This document shows, in pieces, positions 40,927-48,662 of a DNA stretch of 64,000 nt. The DNA is from Parvibaculum sp. GTDB taxonomy: Bacteria > Pseudomonadota > Alphaproteobacteria > Parvibaculales > Parvibaculaceae. The DNA lies in NCBI RefSeq assembly GCF_030694575.1, contig NZ_JAUYUS010000068.1:1924-65923 (forward strand), read 5' to 3'. The notes beneath the pieces were generated by a model. That model was given only the letters and a program-made list of their open reading frames with translations. It was not told where the DNA came from and ran no database searches. Within the stretch, counting starts at the first letter, position 1; the number at the start of each line of letters is the position of its first letter. A program made the translations under genes and the position numbers.

Positions 40927-40988
40927 GCTTGACGCCCCCAATCGCAGTACAAAGAAAGAGCTTGCTTCTTCGCAGATGCGATATCATT

Positions 40989-41004
40989 AGCAAGGCGCGT
41001 GCCA
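40989..41004 (-). promoter_or_regulatory. Sigma54 promoter for the TBDR-MFS-rut-like operon
   Basis: Minus strand TGGCAC-GCGCC-TTGCT is a full -24/-12 consensus, about 60 bp upstream of the TBDR start; AT-rich IHF-like tract just upstream. Confidence 0.8.
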
Positions 41005-41500
41005 GATATTTAATCCTTTGTTTTCAAATGATTATTTCTGATTTTCTGTGCAGATGCAGTTGATGGGTGACAAAATATCATCCTGCAGCGCAGCAGATCA
41101 GCGAGACCCTGCACGAGATCGCGGCACGCTCCGCCCGGCCAAGCGATTTGATCAAGTATTCGTTCGTCCTTGCTACGCTTTGGCGCCGCTCCAGGGCAAT
41201 TCAACAGCACCCATCTCCCGCATCCCAGCTGCACATGCCACAGTTTCCGGCCGGCAGGGCTCCCCCACATCTGACGGAAACAAGGCCAAACGGGCCGGAA
41301 AACCGAGGCCGCCAGCCTCTTGCTCTCACCAATTGCCCCTTTCGAAGCAGGCAAGGTGAGATTGCCAATTTGTTGGTCAGCAAGGCGCGAGCGAACGAAG
41401 CGCCGGAAATCCTCTCAACTCATAGGGCGCACCGGGGCAAGACGCGCGCAGGAGAGAAGCCATAGCTTTGCCCGACAAAATACAAGAAGTGGCGTAACGA

Positions 41501-42355
41501 ATGACCATCGATCTGCAGCTCCGCACTCGCCCGCTCATGCCGGGCTTCGGCGTGGAAATCTTCGAAACCGACCTGAAGACCGCCGGTGCTGATGCACGAC
41601 AGCAGGTCGTCGATCGCTTCCATGAGAATGGTGCGATACTTTTGCGCAATCAGGACATGACGCCGGACGACCTTATGTCGTTCATTGATCTTTTCGGCGA
41701 TCCTGAAGATCATACGCAGACGCAGTTCACGCTGCCCGGATATCCTAAGATATTTATTCTGTCCAACCGCATCGTCGACGGTCGATCGATAGGGGCGCAC
41801 AATGACGGTGTAGGCTGGCACACCGACTATTCCTACAAGGAAGAGCCGGTCATGTGCACGATGCTCTACGCAGTCGAAGTTCCGCCGGAAGGTAGCGACA
41901 CGCTGCTTGCAGACCTCTGCGCTGCATATAACGAACTTCCCGATGAGCGAAAGGCGCAGCTCGACAAGCTGATCCTTCATCACAGCTATCAGCACCTCAT
42001 GTCGACCCGCCAGTTTGGCCGGATGGAACTCAGCGATGAGATGAAAGCCGCCAATCCGGACGTCTATCACCCGCTTGTCCGCTCCCATCCCGCCGACGGA
42101 CGGAAAGCGCTGTGGGTCAGCACCGGCACCGTTAAGGGTATTGTCGGTATGGACGACGACGCGGCGCTGGCGCTTCTCGATGAACTCGTGGAGTTTGTCA
42201 CCAACGAACGGTTTGTCTACCGGCACAAATGGCAAGTCGGCGATATTCTCATGTGGGACAATCGCTGCACGTTGCACACAGGCACTGTCTTCGACGATAC
42301 GAAGTACATACGGCTGATGCATCGTTTGTGGGTCAAGGGTGACAAACCCTTCTAG
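41501..42355 (+). CDS. TauD/TfdA family Fe(II)/2-oxoglutarate dioxygenase
   Basis: GWHTDYSY, GSDTLLAD, MWDNRCTLH. Confidence 0.93.
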   Translation: MTIDLQLRTRPLMPGFGVEIFETDLKTAGADARQQVVDRFHENGAILLRNQDMTPDDLMSFIDLFGDPEDHTQTQFTLPGYPKIFILSNRIVDGRSIGAHNDGVGWHTDYSYKEEPVMCTMLYAVEVPPEGSDTLLADLCAAYNELPDERKAQLDKLILHHSYQHLMSTRQFGRMELSDEMKAANPDVYHPLVRSHPADGRKALWVSTGTVKGIVGMDDDAALALLDELVEFVTNERFVYRHKWQVGDILMWDNRCTLHTGTVFDDTKYIRLMHRLWVKGDKPF

Positions 42356-42387
42356 CGCGTCGTTTAACGCAAGAAAGACGAGGCGGT

Positions 42388-43239
42388 ATGCCCGAGAGGA
42401 AGCCGAGAGTCTGGTGGATCACCGGCGTAAGCAGTGGTCTTGGCAAGGCAATAGCTACGGCAGCACTTGATTGTGGCGACATCGTCGCCGGCACTGTCCG
42501 CCGCCAGAGCGATCTCGACGATTTCGAGGCGCAAGCGCCGGATCGTGCGCTGGGCTATATCCTCGACGTCACCGACGACAAAGTGGTTCATGCAACGGCG
42601 GCGGTGATCGAACAACGAACCGGCGGCGTCGATGTTCTCGTCAACAATGCGGGATACGGGCTCATCGGCGCTATCGAAGAAGCCAGCCCGGTGGAAATCC
42701 GGGCCCAGTTCGACGTCAACGTCTTCGGCGCCCTCAGCGTTATTCAAGCTGTGTTGCCTTCCATGCGCCGCCGCCGGCGCGGACACGTCATCAACATCAC
42801 ATCGGTAAGCGGGCTCGCTCCCTGGATGGGAACCGGCATATACGGCGCAACAAAGTACGCGCTGGAATGCATCGGCCAAACGCTAGCGGAGGAAGTCCGC
42901 CCTCTCGGGATTAAAGTAACGAATGTGGCTCCGGGCGGTTTACGCACCGATTTTGCCACGCGTTCGCTCACGCTCTGCCAGGCGGAGATCGCGGACTACA
43001 AACCGACTGCACACCTTGCCCGCAACATATTGTCCGGGCACGGCGGCAGCGAGGCCGGGGATCCCGACAAGGCCGCGCTGGCCGTGCTCAAGATCGCTCT
43101 GACCGACGAGCCGCCGCTGCATCTCCTTCTCGGTGCCGACGCCCTGCACTATGTCGGCCGAAAACTCGGTGCCTTCCACGCGGAGATAGCCGACTGGGCA
43201 CCCACCACCCTTTCCATCGGCTTCAACGAAACCACGTGA
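42388..43239 (+). CDS. SDR family oxidoreductase
   Basis: WWITGVSSGLG, LVNNAGYGLIGAIEE, YGATKYALE. Confidence 0.92.
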   Translation: MPERKPRVWWITGVSSGLGKAIATAALDCGDIVAGTVRRQSDLDDFEAQAPDRALGYILDVTDDKVVHATAAVIEQRTGGVDVLVNNAGYGLIGAIEEASPVEIRAQFDVNVFGALSVIQAVLPSMRRRRRGHVINITSVSGLAPWMGTGIYGATKYALECIGQTLAEEVRPLGIKVTNVAPGGLRTDFATRSLTLCQAEIADYKPTAHLARNILSGHGGSEAGDPDKAALAVLKIALTDEPPLHLLLGADALHYVGRKLGAFHAEIADWAPTTLSIGFNETT

Positions 43240-43266
43240 AAAAGGCGGCTCCATGCCGCCCTTTTT
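43239..43266. terminator. Bidirectional intrinsic terminator
   Basis: AAAAAGGCGGC-TCCAT-GCCGCCCTTTTT between convergent genes. Confidence 0.7.
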
Positions 43267-43290
43267 CATCTCGGAAAGATCGTGGTCCCG

Positions 43291-44106
43291 TCAGATGGGA
43301 CGTCGCGTTTCCGCTACCGTCACACGGTAACCGGAACGCACCTGCGGGAAGTAATCCCACACAGCCAGATGCCAGGTGCAGCGATTGTCCCAGAACGCCA
43401 CGGATTTCGGCTTCCAGCGGAAGCGAACGTGAAAATTCGGATTGGCGCAATGCTTGTAGAGCATTTCCAGCACGCCATCGCTTTCCGCTTTGCCAAGCCC
43501 CACGATTTCAGTCGTATAGGATGGATTGACGAAAATGCCCTTGCGGCCGGTTACCGGATGCGTGCGCACCACAGGGTGCGTATTGCATGGAAAGCGCTTG
43601 TTCGGATCGTTGACGATCGGCCGATACACATGCTCGCCGTCATGCACCGCGTGCAGGCCCTCGAGATAAATCTTCATACCCGGCGAGAGGGCGTCGTACG
43701 CGGCATACATGCTCGCGAACATTGTGTCGCCGCCGACCTCCGGTACAACAGGCAGATAGAGAATGCTGCCCATCGGTGGTATTTCGTTGCAGGTCAGGTC
43801 GGAGTGCCAGTTTTCGCCGGCGACAAACTTTGAGTTTCCGTCGGCATGGATGGCAACGATTTCAGGGTGGTCCGCCAGGCCGGCGACGCCGCTGTGAATG
43901 GCAAGCTCGCCGAAAGCCCCGCCAAGTTCCTTGTGCCGCACGTGGTCCAGATCCTGGTCGCGGAAGAAGATCACCTGATGCTCCATCAGGGCCGTATGAA
44001 GTTCGTCAATGACCTTGTTCGTCAGCGGCTCGGCGAGATTTATGCCTTCGATTTCAGCGCCGATACGCATGGTCATCGGCTTTACCTTCAAAACTTCGTA
44101 TTCCAT
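43291..44106 (-). CDS. TauD/TfdA family Fe(II)/2-oxoglutarate dioxygenase
   Basis: HQVIFFRDQ, WHSDLT, GGDTMFAS, HPVVRTHPVTGRK, FWDNRCTWH. Confidence 0.93.
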   Translation of the reverse strand: MEYEVLKVKPMTMRIGAEIEGINLAEPLTNKVIDELHTALMEHQVIFFRDQDLDHVRHKELGGAFGELAIHSGVAGLADHPEIVAIHADGNSKFVAGENWHSDLTCNEIPPMGSILYLPVVPEVGGDTMFASMYAAYDALSPGMKIYLEGLHAVHDGEHVYRPIVNDPNKRFPCNTHPVVRTHPVTGRKGIFVNPSYTTEIVGLGKAESDGVLEMLYKHCANPNFHVRFRWKPKSVAFWDNRCTWHLAVWDYFPQVRSGYRVTVAETRRPI

Positions 44107-44179
44107 CGCCCTGATCCTGCGAAACGCTCACTGGAGCTCTTACCGAGGGCATGACGATCACGCCCTATCCCAAACGCTA

Positions 44180-44195
44180 AACAAAAGCCGTGCCA
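44180..44195 (-). promoter_or_regulatory. Sigma54-like promoter upstream of the second TauD gene
   Basis: Minus strand TGGCAC-GGCTT-TTGTT; the -12 element is imperfect. Confidence 0.4.
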
Positions 44196-44240
44196 AAGGC
44201 TTGTCTGTGTGCGCCCAAGCACTTGATCGCCGCTCATTCC

Positions 44241-44849
44241 CTACATGCCGAAGGGATAGGTTTTGAGATCGCAGGCGCCGCTGGCGCGAACAGCGCGAAG
44301 TGCTTTTGCATATTCGATCAGGATACCGATGCTGTGTTCGCAGCGGCCCTTGATCATGTTCTCCATCGCAACATCGGCAGCGGGCGCCCCGTTCAGCACG
44401 CCAGTAACGCCGCGAATGATGACATGATCCGGTATCCAGCAAATCCGGTTGTTCTTGAACCCTGTGGTTCGCAGCTCCACGATCGGATATGTCCCGCCCG
44501 CTGCTGCGGATATCGAGACGATGAGCCCGGGTTTGTTGGCCAGTTCCGTCGTGCATAGCAGCAGCATGTTCTTGAAGGCTGGCGGCACCATACCGTGCCA
44601 TTCGGGAACGACCGCGACAAAACCATCGCATGAAGATAGCTCTTCCGAAATCGGCTTCCATGCATCCTTCAGCGGCGAGGGATCGGCGGAAAAGGCTGTT
44701 TCATCCCAGAAAGGCAACGGCGCAGTACCCATGTCGATCGGATCGCAAACGACCACATCGCGCGCCTTCAGCCGTGCCAACAGATAGGCCGCGACCTTGG
44801 CCGATTGCGCATTCGGTCGCTGGCTACCGGCAATCACGCTGATCTTCAT
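44241..44849 (-). CDS. NADPH-dependent FMN reductase (flavodoxin-like)
   Basis: ISVIAGSQRPNAQS, VVPEWHGMVPPAFKN, LANKPGLIVS. Confidence 0.9.
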   Translation of the reverse strand: MKISVIAGSQRPNAQSAKVAAYLLARLKARDVVVCDPIDMGTAPLPFWDETAFSADPSPLKDAWKPISEELSSCDGFVAVVPEWHGMVPPAFKNMLLLCTTELANKPGLIVSISAAAGGTYPIVELRTTGFKNNRICWIPDHVIIRGVTGVLNGAPAADVAMENMIKGRCEHSIGILIEYAKALRAVRASGACDLKTYPFGM

Positions 44850-45170
44850 GAGTCTCGCCTTCCTGTTCGACTGACATGTCCAGCACCCGCCGGACCGGCA
44901 CTGAGGCTAGGCTCAGGAGGTCCCGGGTTCTTGCCTCTTTGCGTTCGATTGCTTTTCCCACGTAGATACAAGTTCCTGCCAATGCCACTTTTGCAGGCGG
45001 TCCGTCGCCGGTTTTCTAGGCAATGCGGTCACCGACGCGAGGCCTGAACAACAGTTTGGTCGCTCAATCACAAGAGCTCTCGTCTCTGTCGGCCTAATAT
45101 CGATGCTGGAAACAGAGGCCCAAATTTTGCGTCGCTCCCTTTCGGGAGGCAGATGATTGAGCGGAGTGCG

Positions 45171-46358
45171 TCAATGTCCGGTACGATTCTCACCGATGAT
45201 TTTTTTAACGCGTTCGAGAGCTCTCTCGGAGACGTCACGGAAGCAGAAACGTTGCCGCCGCACTGTTACACCAGCGAAGAATTTTTCAAGTTCGAAAAGG
45301 AAGCGTTGTTCAGCCGCGAATGGCTCTGCGTCGGGCGCGAAGACTGGGTGAAAAATCCCGGCGACTATTTTACCGCCTCGCATGTCGGCGAACCGCTCAT
45401 CATCTCGCGTACACGCGACGGCGAACTCAAGGCGCTCTCGGCCGTCTGCCAGCACCGGGCAATGCTCGTTGCAGAAGGTCGCGGCAACACCAAGGCTTTC
45501 GTCTGTCCGTATCACCACTGGACCTACGGACTCGACGGCAGGCTGGTTGGCGCACCGGCCATGAGCAAGACCTGCGGCTTCGACCGCAACGATGTCGGCC
45601 TGCCTGAGCTCAAGACCGAGATATGGGAAGGTTTTGTTTTCGTCAATTTCGACAATGACGCGCTGCCGCTCGCTCCACGACTCAAAACCGTGAGTGACGC
45701 ACTCGCACACTACGACCTTCCCAATGCGGAAGGTGCGGTTCCGGATGAGCCACAGAGCTATCCGTGGAACTGGAAGGTAATGATGGAGAACAACAACGAC
45801 GGCTATCATGCCACCCGGTTGCACAAGGGCCCGTTGCACGATTTCATTCCAAGCGAACTTGCGATTTTCCCGGAGATGCCTGAGGGGAGCGCCGGCTATC
45901 TTCGCTTCAACGGCACGTTGCACCCCGACGCGGCTTTCAATCCGCTGCAGAGGGCCGTCCTGCCGGTCTTTCCGAAGTTGACGGCCGAGGAACGTCATCG
46001 CGCCGTGTTCGCCAACATCCCGCCGACACTATCGCTGGTCATCACCTCCGACATGGTGATTTACCTCATACTCCACGCTGAATCGGCCGGTCGGCATTCC
46101 ATGACGATTGGCTGGCTGGTTGCTCCCGGCGCCATGTCCGAACCGCTTTTTCAGGAACGTCTCGACATGAACATGCGGACGGCGATGGAAATTACCGAGC
46201 AGGATCTTCATGTCGACAAGCTCGTCCAGATCGGGCTCAAATCGCGTTTCGCGGTGCGTGGGCGCTACTCTTGGCAAGAGCGCGCGCAGAGCGACCTCAA
46301 TCACTGGCTCGTTACGCGCTACCGGGATACGTGGCAACGCATGAAATCGGCATCGTAA
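45171..46358 (+). CDS. Rieske non-heme iron oxygenase alpha subunit (choline monooxygenase/GbcA/CntA-like branch)
   Basis: CQH..CPYHHWTY Rieske motif; NWKVMMENNNDGYHATRLH mononuclear Fe site; start 45153 or 45171. Confidence 0.92.
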   Translation, partial: SMSGTILTDDFFNAFESSLGDVTEAETLPPHCYTSEEFFKFEKEALFSREWLCVGREDWVKNPGDYFTASHVGEPLIISRTRDGELKALSAVCQHRAMLVAEGRGNTKAFVCPYHHWTYGLDGRLVGAPAMSKTCGFDRNDVGLPELKTEIWEGFVFVNFDNDALPLAPRLKTVSDALAHYDLPNAEGAVPDEPQSYPWNWKVMMENNNDGYHATRLHKGPLHDFIPSELAIFPEMPEGSAGYLRFNGTLHPDAAFNPLQRAVLPVFPKLTAEERHRAVFANIPPTLSLVITSDMVIYLILHAESAGRHSMTIGWLVAPGAMSEPLFQERLDMNMRTAMEITEQDLHVDKLVQIGLKSRFAVRGRYSWQERAQSDLNHWLVTRYRDTWQRMKSAS

Positions 46359-46386
46359 CGACGAAATCATCGAGGCAGGACCACCG

Positions 46387-47178
46387 ATGCGAAACGGAAA
46401 CGGCAGGCGCCAGCCTGCGATATTTTTCGGGCATGGCAGTCCCGGCAATGTGATGGAAGACAACTTCGTCACGCAGTGCTGGGAGAATCTCGGCCGCGAG
46501 ATTGGCAAGCCCAAAGGTATTATCTGCGTTTCCGCCCACTGGTATACACGTGGCATTCGGGTCACCGCCGCGCCAAATCCCGGCACAATCCATGATTTCG
46601 GCGGCTTTCCGAAGGCCATGTACGACCTTCGTTATCCCGCTCCCGGCAGTCCGGGGCTTGCCGGGGAGATTGCGCGCCGGCTTGCACCTGTCGATGTTCT
46701 TCTGGACGACGAAAGAGGCTTCGATCACGGCTCCTGGTGCGTGCTTGCCAAAGTCTACCCGCAGGCCGATGTCCCGATGGTTCAGATAAGCATGGATGCG
46801 ACCATGCTGCCGCACCAGCATTTCGCGCTCGGGACGACGCTGGGGCAGTTTCGCGACGAAGGCTGCCTGCTTATGGGCAGCGGAAACATCGTCCACAACC
46901 TGCCGGAGATGGACTGGCGGATGCGGGATGGCAGCTATAATTGGGCGGGCCGGTTTGGCGACTACATTCGCGAGAGCATCGTCGCAGATCGGCCAGACAG
47001 GTTGATCGACTATGCGTCGCAGGGACGCGACGCCTCGCTTTCCGTGCCGCATCCCGATCACTACCTGCCGCTGCTTTATGTGGTTGGCGCCCGGCGCGCG
47101 GACGATCCCGTCCGCTTCGAGACGCCGATGGTGGAATACGGCTCTCTCGACATGACAACCGTGGTCATCGGCGCCTGA
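46387..47178 (+). CDS. ygiD: 4,5-DOPA extradiol dioxygenase family (YgiD/LigB-like)
   Basis: FFGHGSP, SAHWYT, FDHGSW, GSGNIVHNL, PHPDHYLPL. Confidence 0.9.
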   Translation: MRNGNGRRQPAIFFGHGSPGNVMEDNFVTQCWENLGREIGKPKGIICVSAHWYTRGIRVTAAPNPGTIHDFGGFPKAMYDLRYPAPGSPGLAGEIARRLAPVDVLLDDERGFDHGSWCVLAKVYPQADVPMVQISMDATMLPHQHFALGTTLGQFRDEGCLLMGSGNIVHNLPEMDWRMRDGSYNWAGRFGDYIRESIVADRPDRLIDYASQGRDASLSVPHPDHYLPLLYVVGARRADDPVRFETPMVEYGSLDMTTVVIGA

Positions 47179-47399
47179 AGGACGAGCCCTGCGCCACCGG
47201 AGCAGGCATATGCTTCCTCACTCTGCCCGCTTGCGAGGCAATACCCTGTGCGATGGGTCGCCGGGCAACATCTTCTGCGCTCCAAAGCAAGATCGATCGC
47301 CTTGTACGTCGGACACTCGTCTCATCCGCTTTGAACATCGGCGTCCGCCGCAGTGTCATTGCCGCGGATGAAATGTTGTCTCAAGGCGCGAGGAGTTTC

Positions 47400-48479
47400 A
47401 TGGCGCATGCAGTAATCCCGGGATCGAAGGCCACAGCGCACGCACATCCCACCGCCCTCCACCTCCTCAGAGCAACGCCGGAGACCTGTCACTGGGGGTA
47501 TTTCGATCCGGCGCTGGCGCCGGTACTCACAGTGAAGAGTGGCGACCTCGTTCAAGTCGAGGCGGTTACCCATCATGCCGGCGATGCACCCGATATCATG
47601 ATGGATGACGCTGTCCGGCACATCTACAACACGATCCCCGAAGCCGATCGCAATCCCGGCGTCCATTTGATGACAGGGCCGATCTATGTCGAGGGCGCAA
47701 AGCCCGGCGATATGCTGGAGGTGCGTTATCTGCGGATGACGCCGCGCTTCGACTACGGGTCCAACCTCGCCGCAAACTGGGGGCATCTCCACAAGGAGTT
47801 TGACGAGAAGGAACGCGTGACCATCTACCGGCTCGATCGGGCGACCCATCAAGCCGAGGCCTTCTATGCCTATGATTATCCCGGCAAGTACGAAACACCG
47901 GGCAAGATCACCAACTGCCCCGAATGCGACCGGCAGACAGCTTTGAACGGCGTCCGTGTTCCCGTCAGGCCGCATCTCGGTACGGCGGGGGTTGCACCGG
48001 ATGTGGAGGGTCGCGTCAGCACCATTCCGCCGGGGGCACATGGCGGCAACATCGACAACTGGCGCATCGGCGCCGGTGCGACGATGTTCTATCCGGTGGC
48101 GGTGGACGGCGCGCTCTTTTCTGTTGGCGACCCGCATATCTCGCAAGGCGACGGCGAGATCAGCGGCACGGCAATCGAAGCCTCGCTCGATGTGCTTTTC
48201 CAAATCGTTTTGCGCAAGGACTTCGAGTTCCCTTCGCCGCTTCTCGAAACGCCCAAATACTGGATCGTTCACGGCTTCGATGAAGACCTCGACAATGCCA
48301 TGCGCAATGCCTCTCTGGACATGCTGAAGTTCCTTCACGAAGAACGTAATCTCAGCAAGAACGACGCCTATTCGCTCATGAGCGTTTCAGCGGACTTCAC
48401 GGTCACACAAGTCGTCGATGGGCGTCAGGGCGTGCATGTCCGCATGCCGCGCAGCATCTTCCCGACCGAAAAGAAATAG
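47400..48479 (+). CDS. Acetamidase/formamidase (FmdA/AmdA) family protein
   Basis: HWGYFD, HLMTGPIYVEGAKPGD, HGGNIDNW, GDPHISQGDGEISGTAIE; AGGAG RBS. Confidence 0.92.
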   Translation: MAHAVIPGSKATAHAHPTALHLLRATPETCHWGYFDPALAPVLTVKSGDLVQVEAVTHHAGDAPDIMMDDAVRHIYNTIPEADRNPGVHLMTGPIYVEGAKPGDMLEVRYLRMTPRFDYGSNLAANWGHLHKEFDEKERVTIYRLDRATHQAEAFYAYDYPGKYETPGKITNCPECDRQTALNGVRVPVRPHLGTAGVAPDVEGRVSTIPPGAHGGNIDNWRIGAGATMFYPVAVDGALFSVGDPHISQGDGEISGTAIEASLDVLFQIVLRKDFEFPSPLLETPKYWIVHGFDEDLDNAMRNASLDMLKFLHEERNLSKNDAYSLMSVSADFTVTQVVDGRQGVHVRMPRSIFPTEKK

Positions 48480-48492
48480 GGGCCCCTGCGGT

Positions 48493-48508
48493 GGGCACAC
48501 TTCTTGCG
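48493..48508 (+). promoter_or_regulatory. Sigma54-like promoter upstream of the AraC-amidase fusion
   Basis: GGGCAC-ACTTC-TTGCG (GG-N10-GC). Confidence 0.5.
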
Positions 48509-48596
48509 ACGTCGTAATCGGCGACGCAGCCGACGGCGCAAACCCCTGATTTCCGGAGCGTGAAAAAAGCGGAACCGTTTGAGCTGCACAAATTTA

Positions 48597-48639
48597 CGGC
48601 ACCGGGAGGTCTGTTTTTGCGGCAGACCTTCGGGTGCCG
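48597..48639 (+). other. Long stem-loop in the leader of the fusion gene
   Basis: CGGCACCGGGAGGTCTG-N9-CAGACCTTCGGGTGCCG, 17-bp stem with one mismatch and one G-U pair. Confidence 0.6.
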
Positions 48640-48662
48640 GGTAACGAGTTGTGTGCGATCGA

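Noticed and set aside
41370-41392. GG-N10-GC upstream of the first TauD gene
   Set aside because: TGGTCA-GCAA-GGCGC lacks the TTGC context; too weak.
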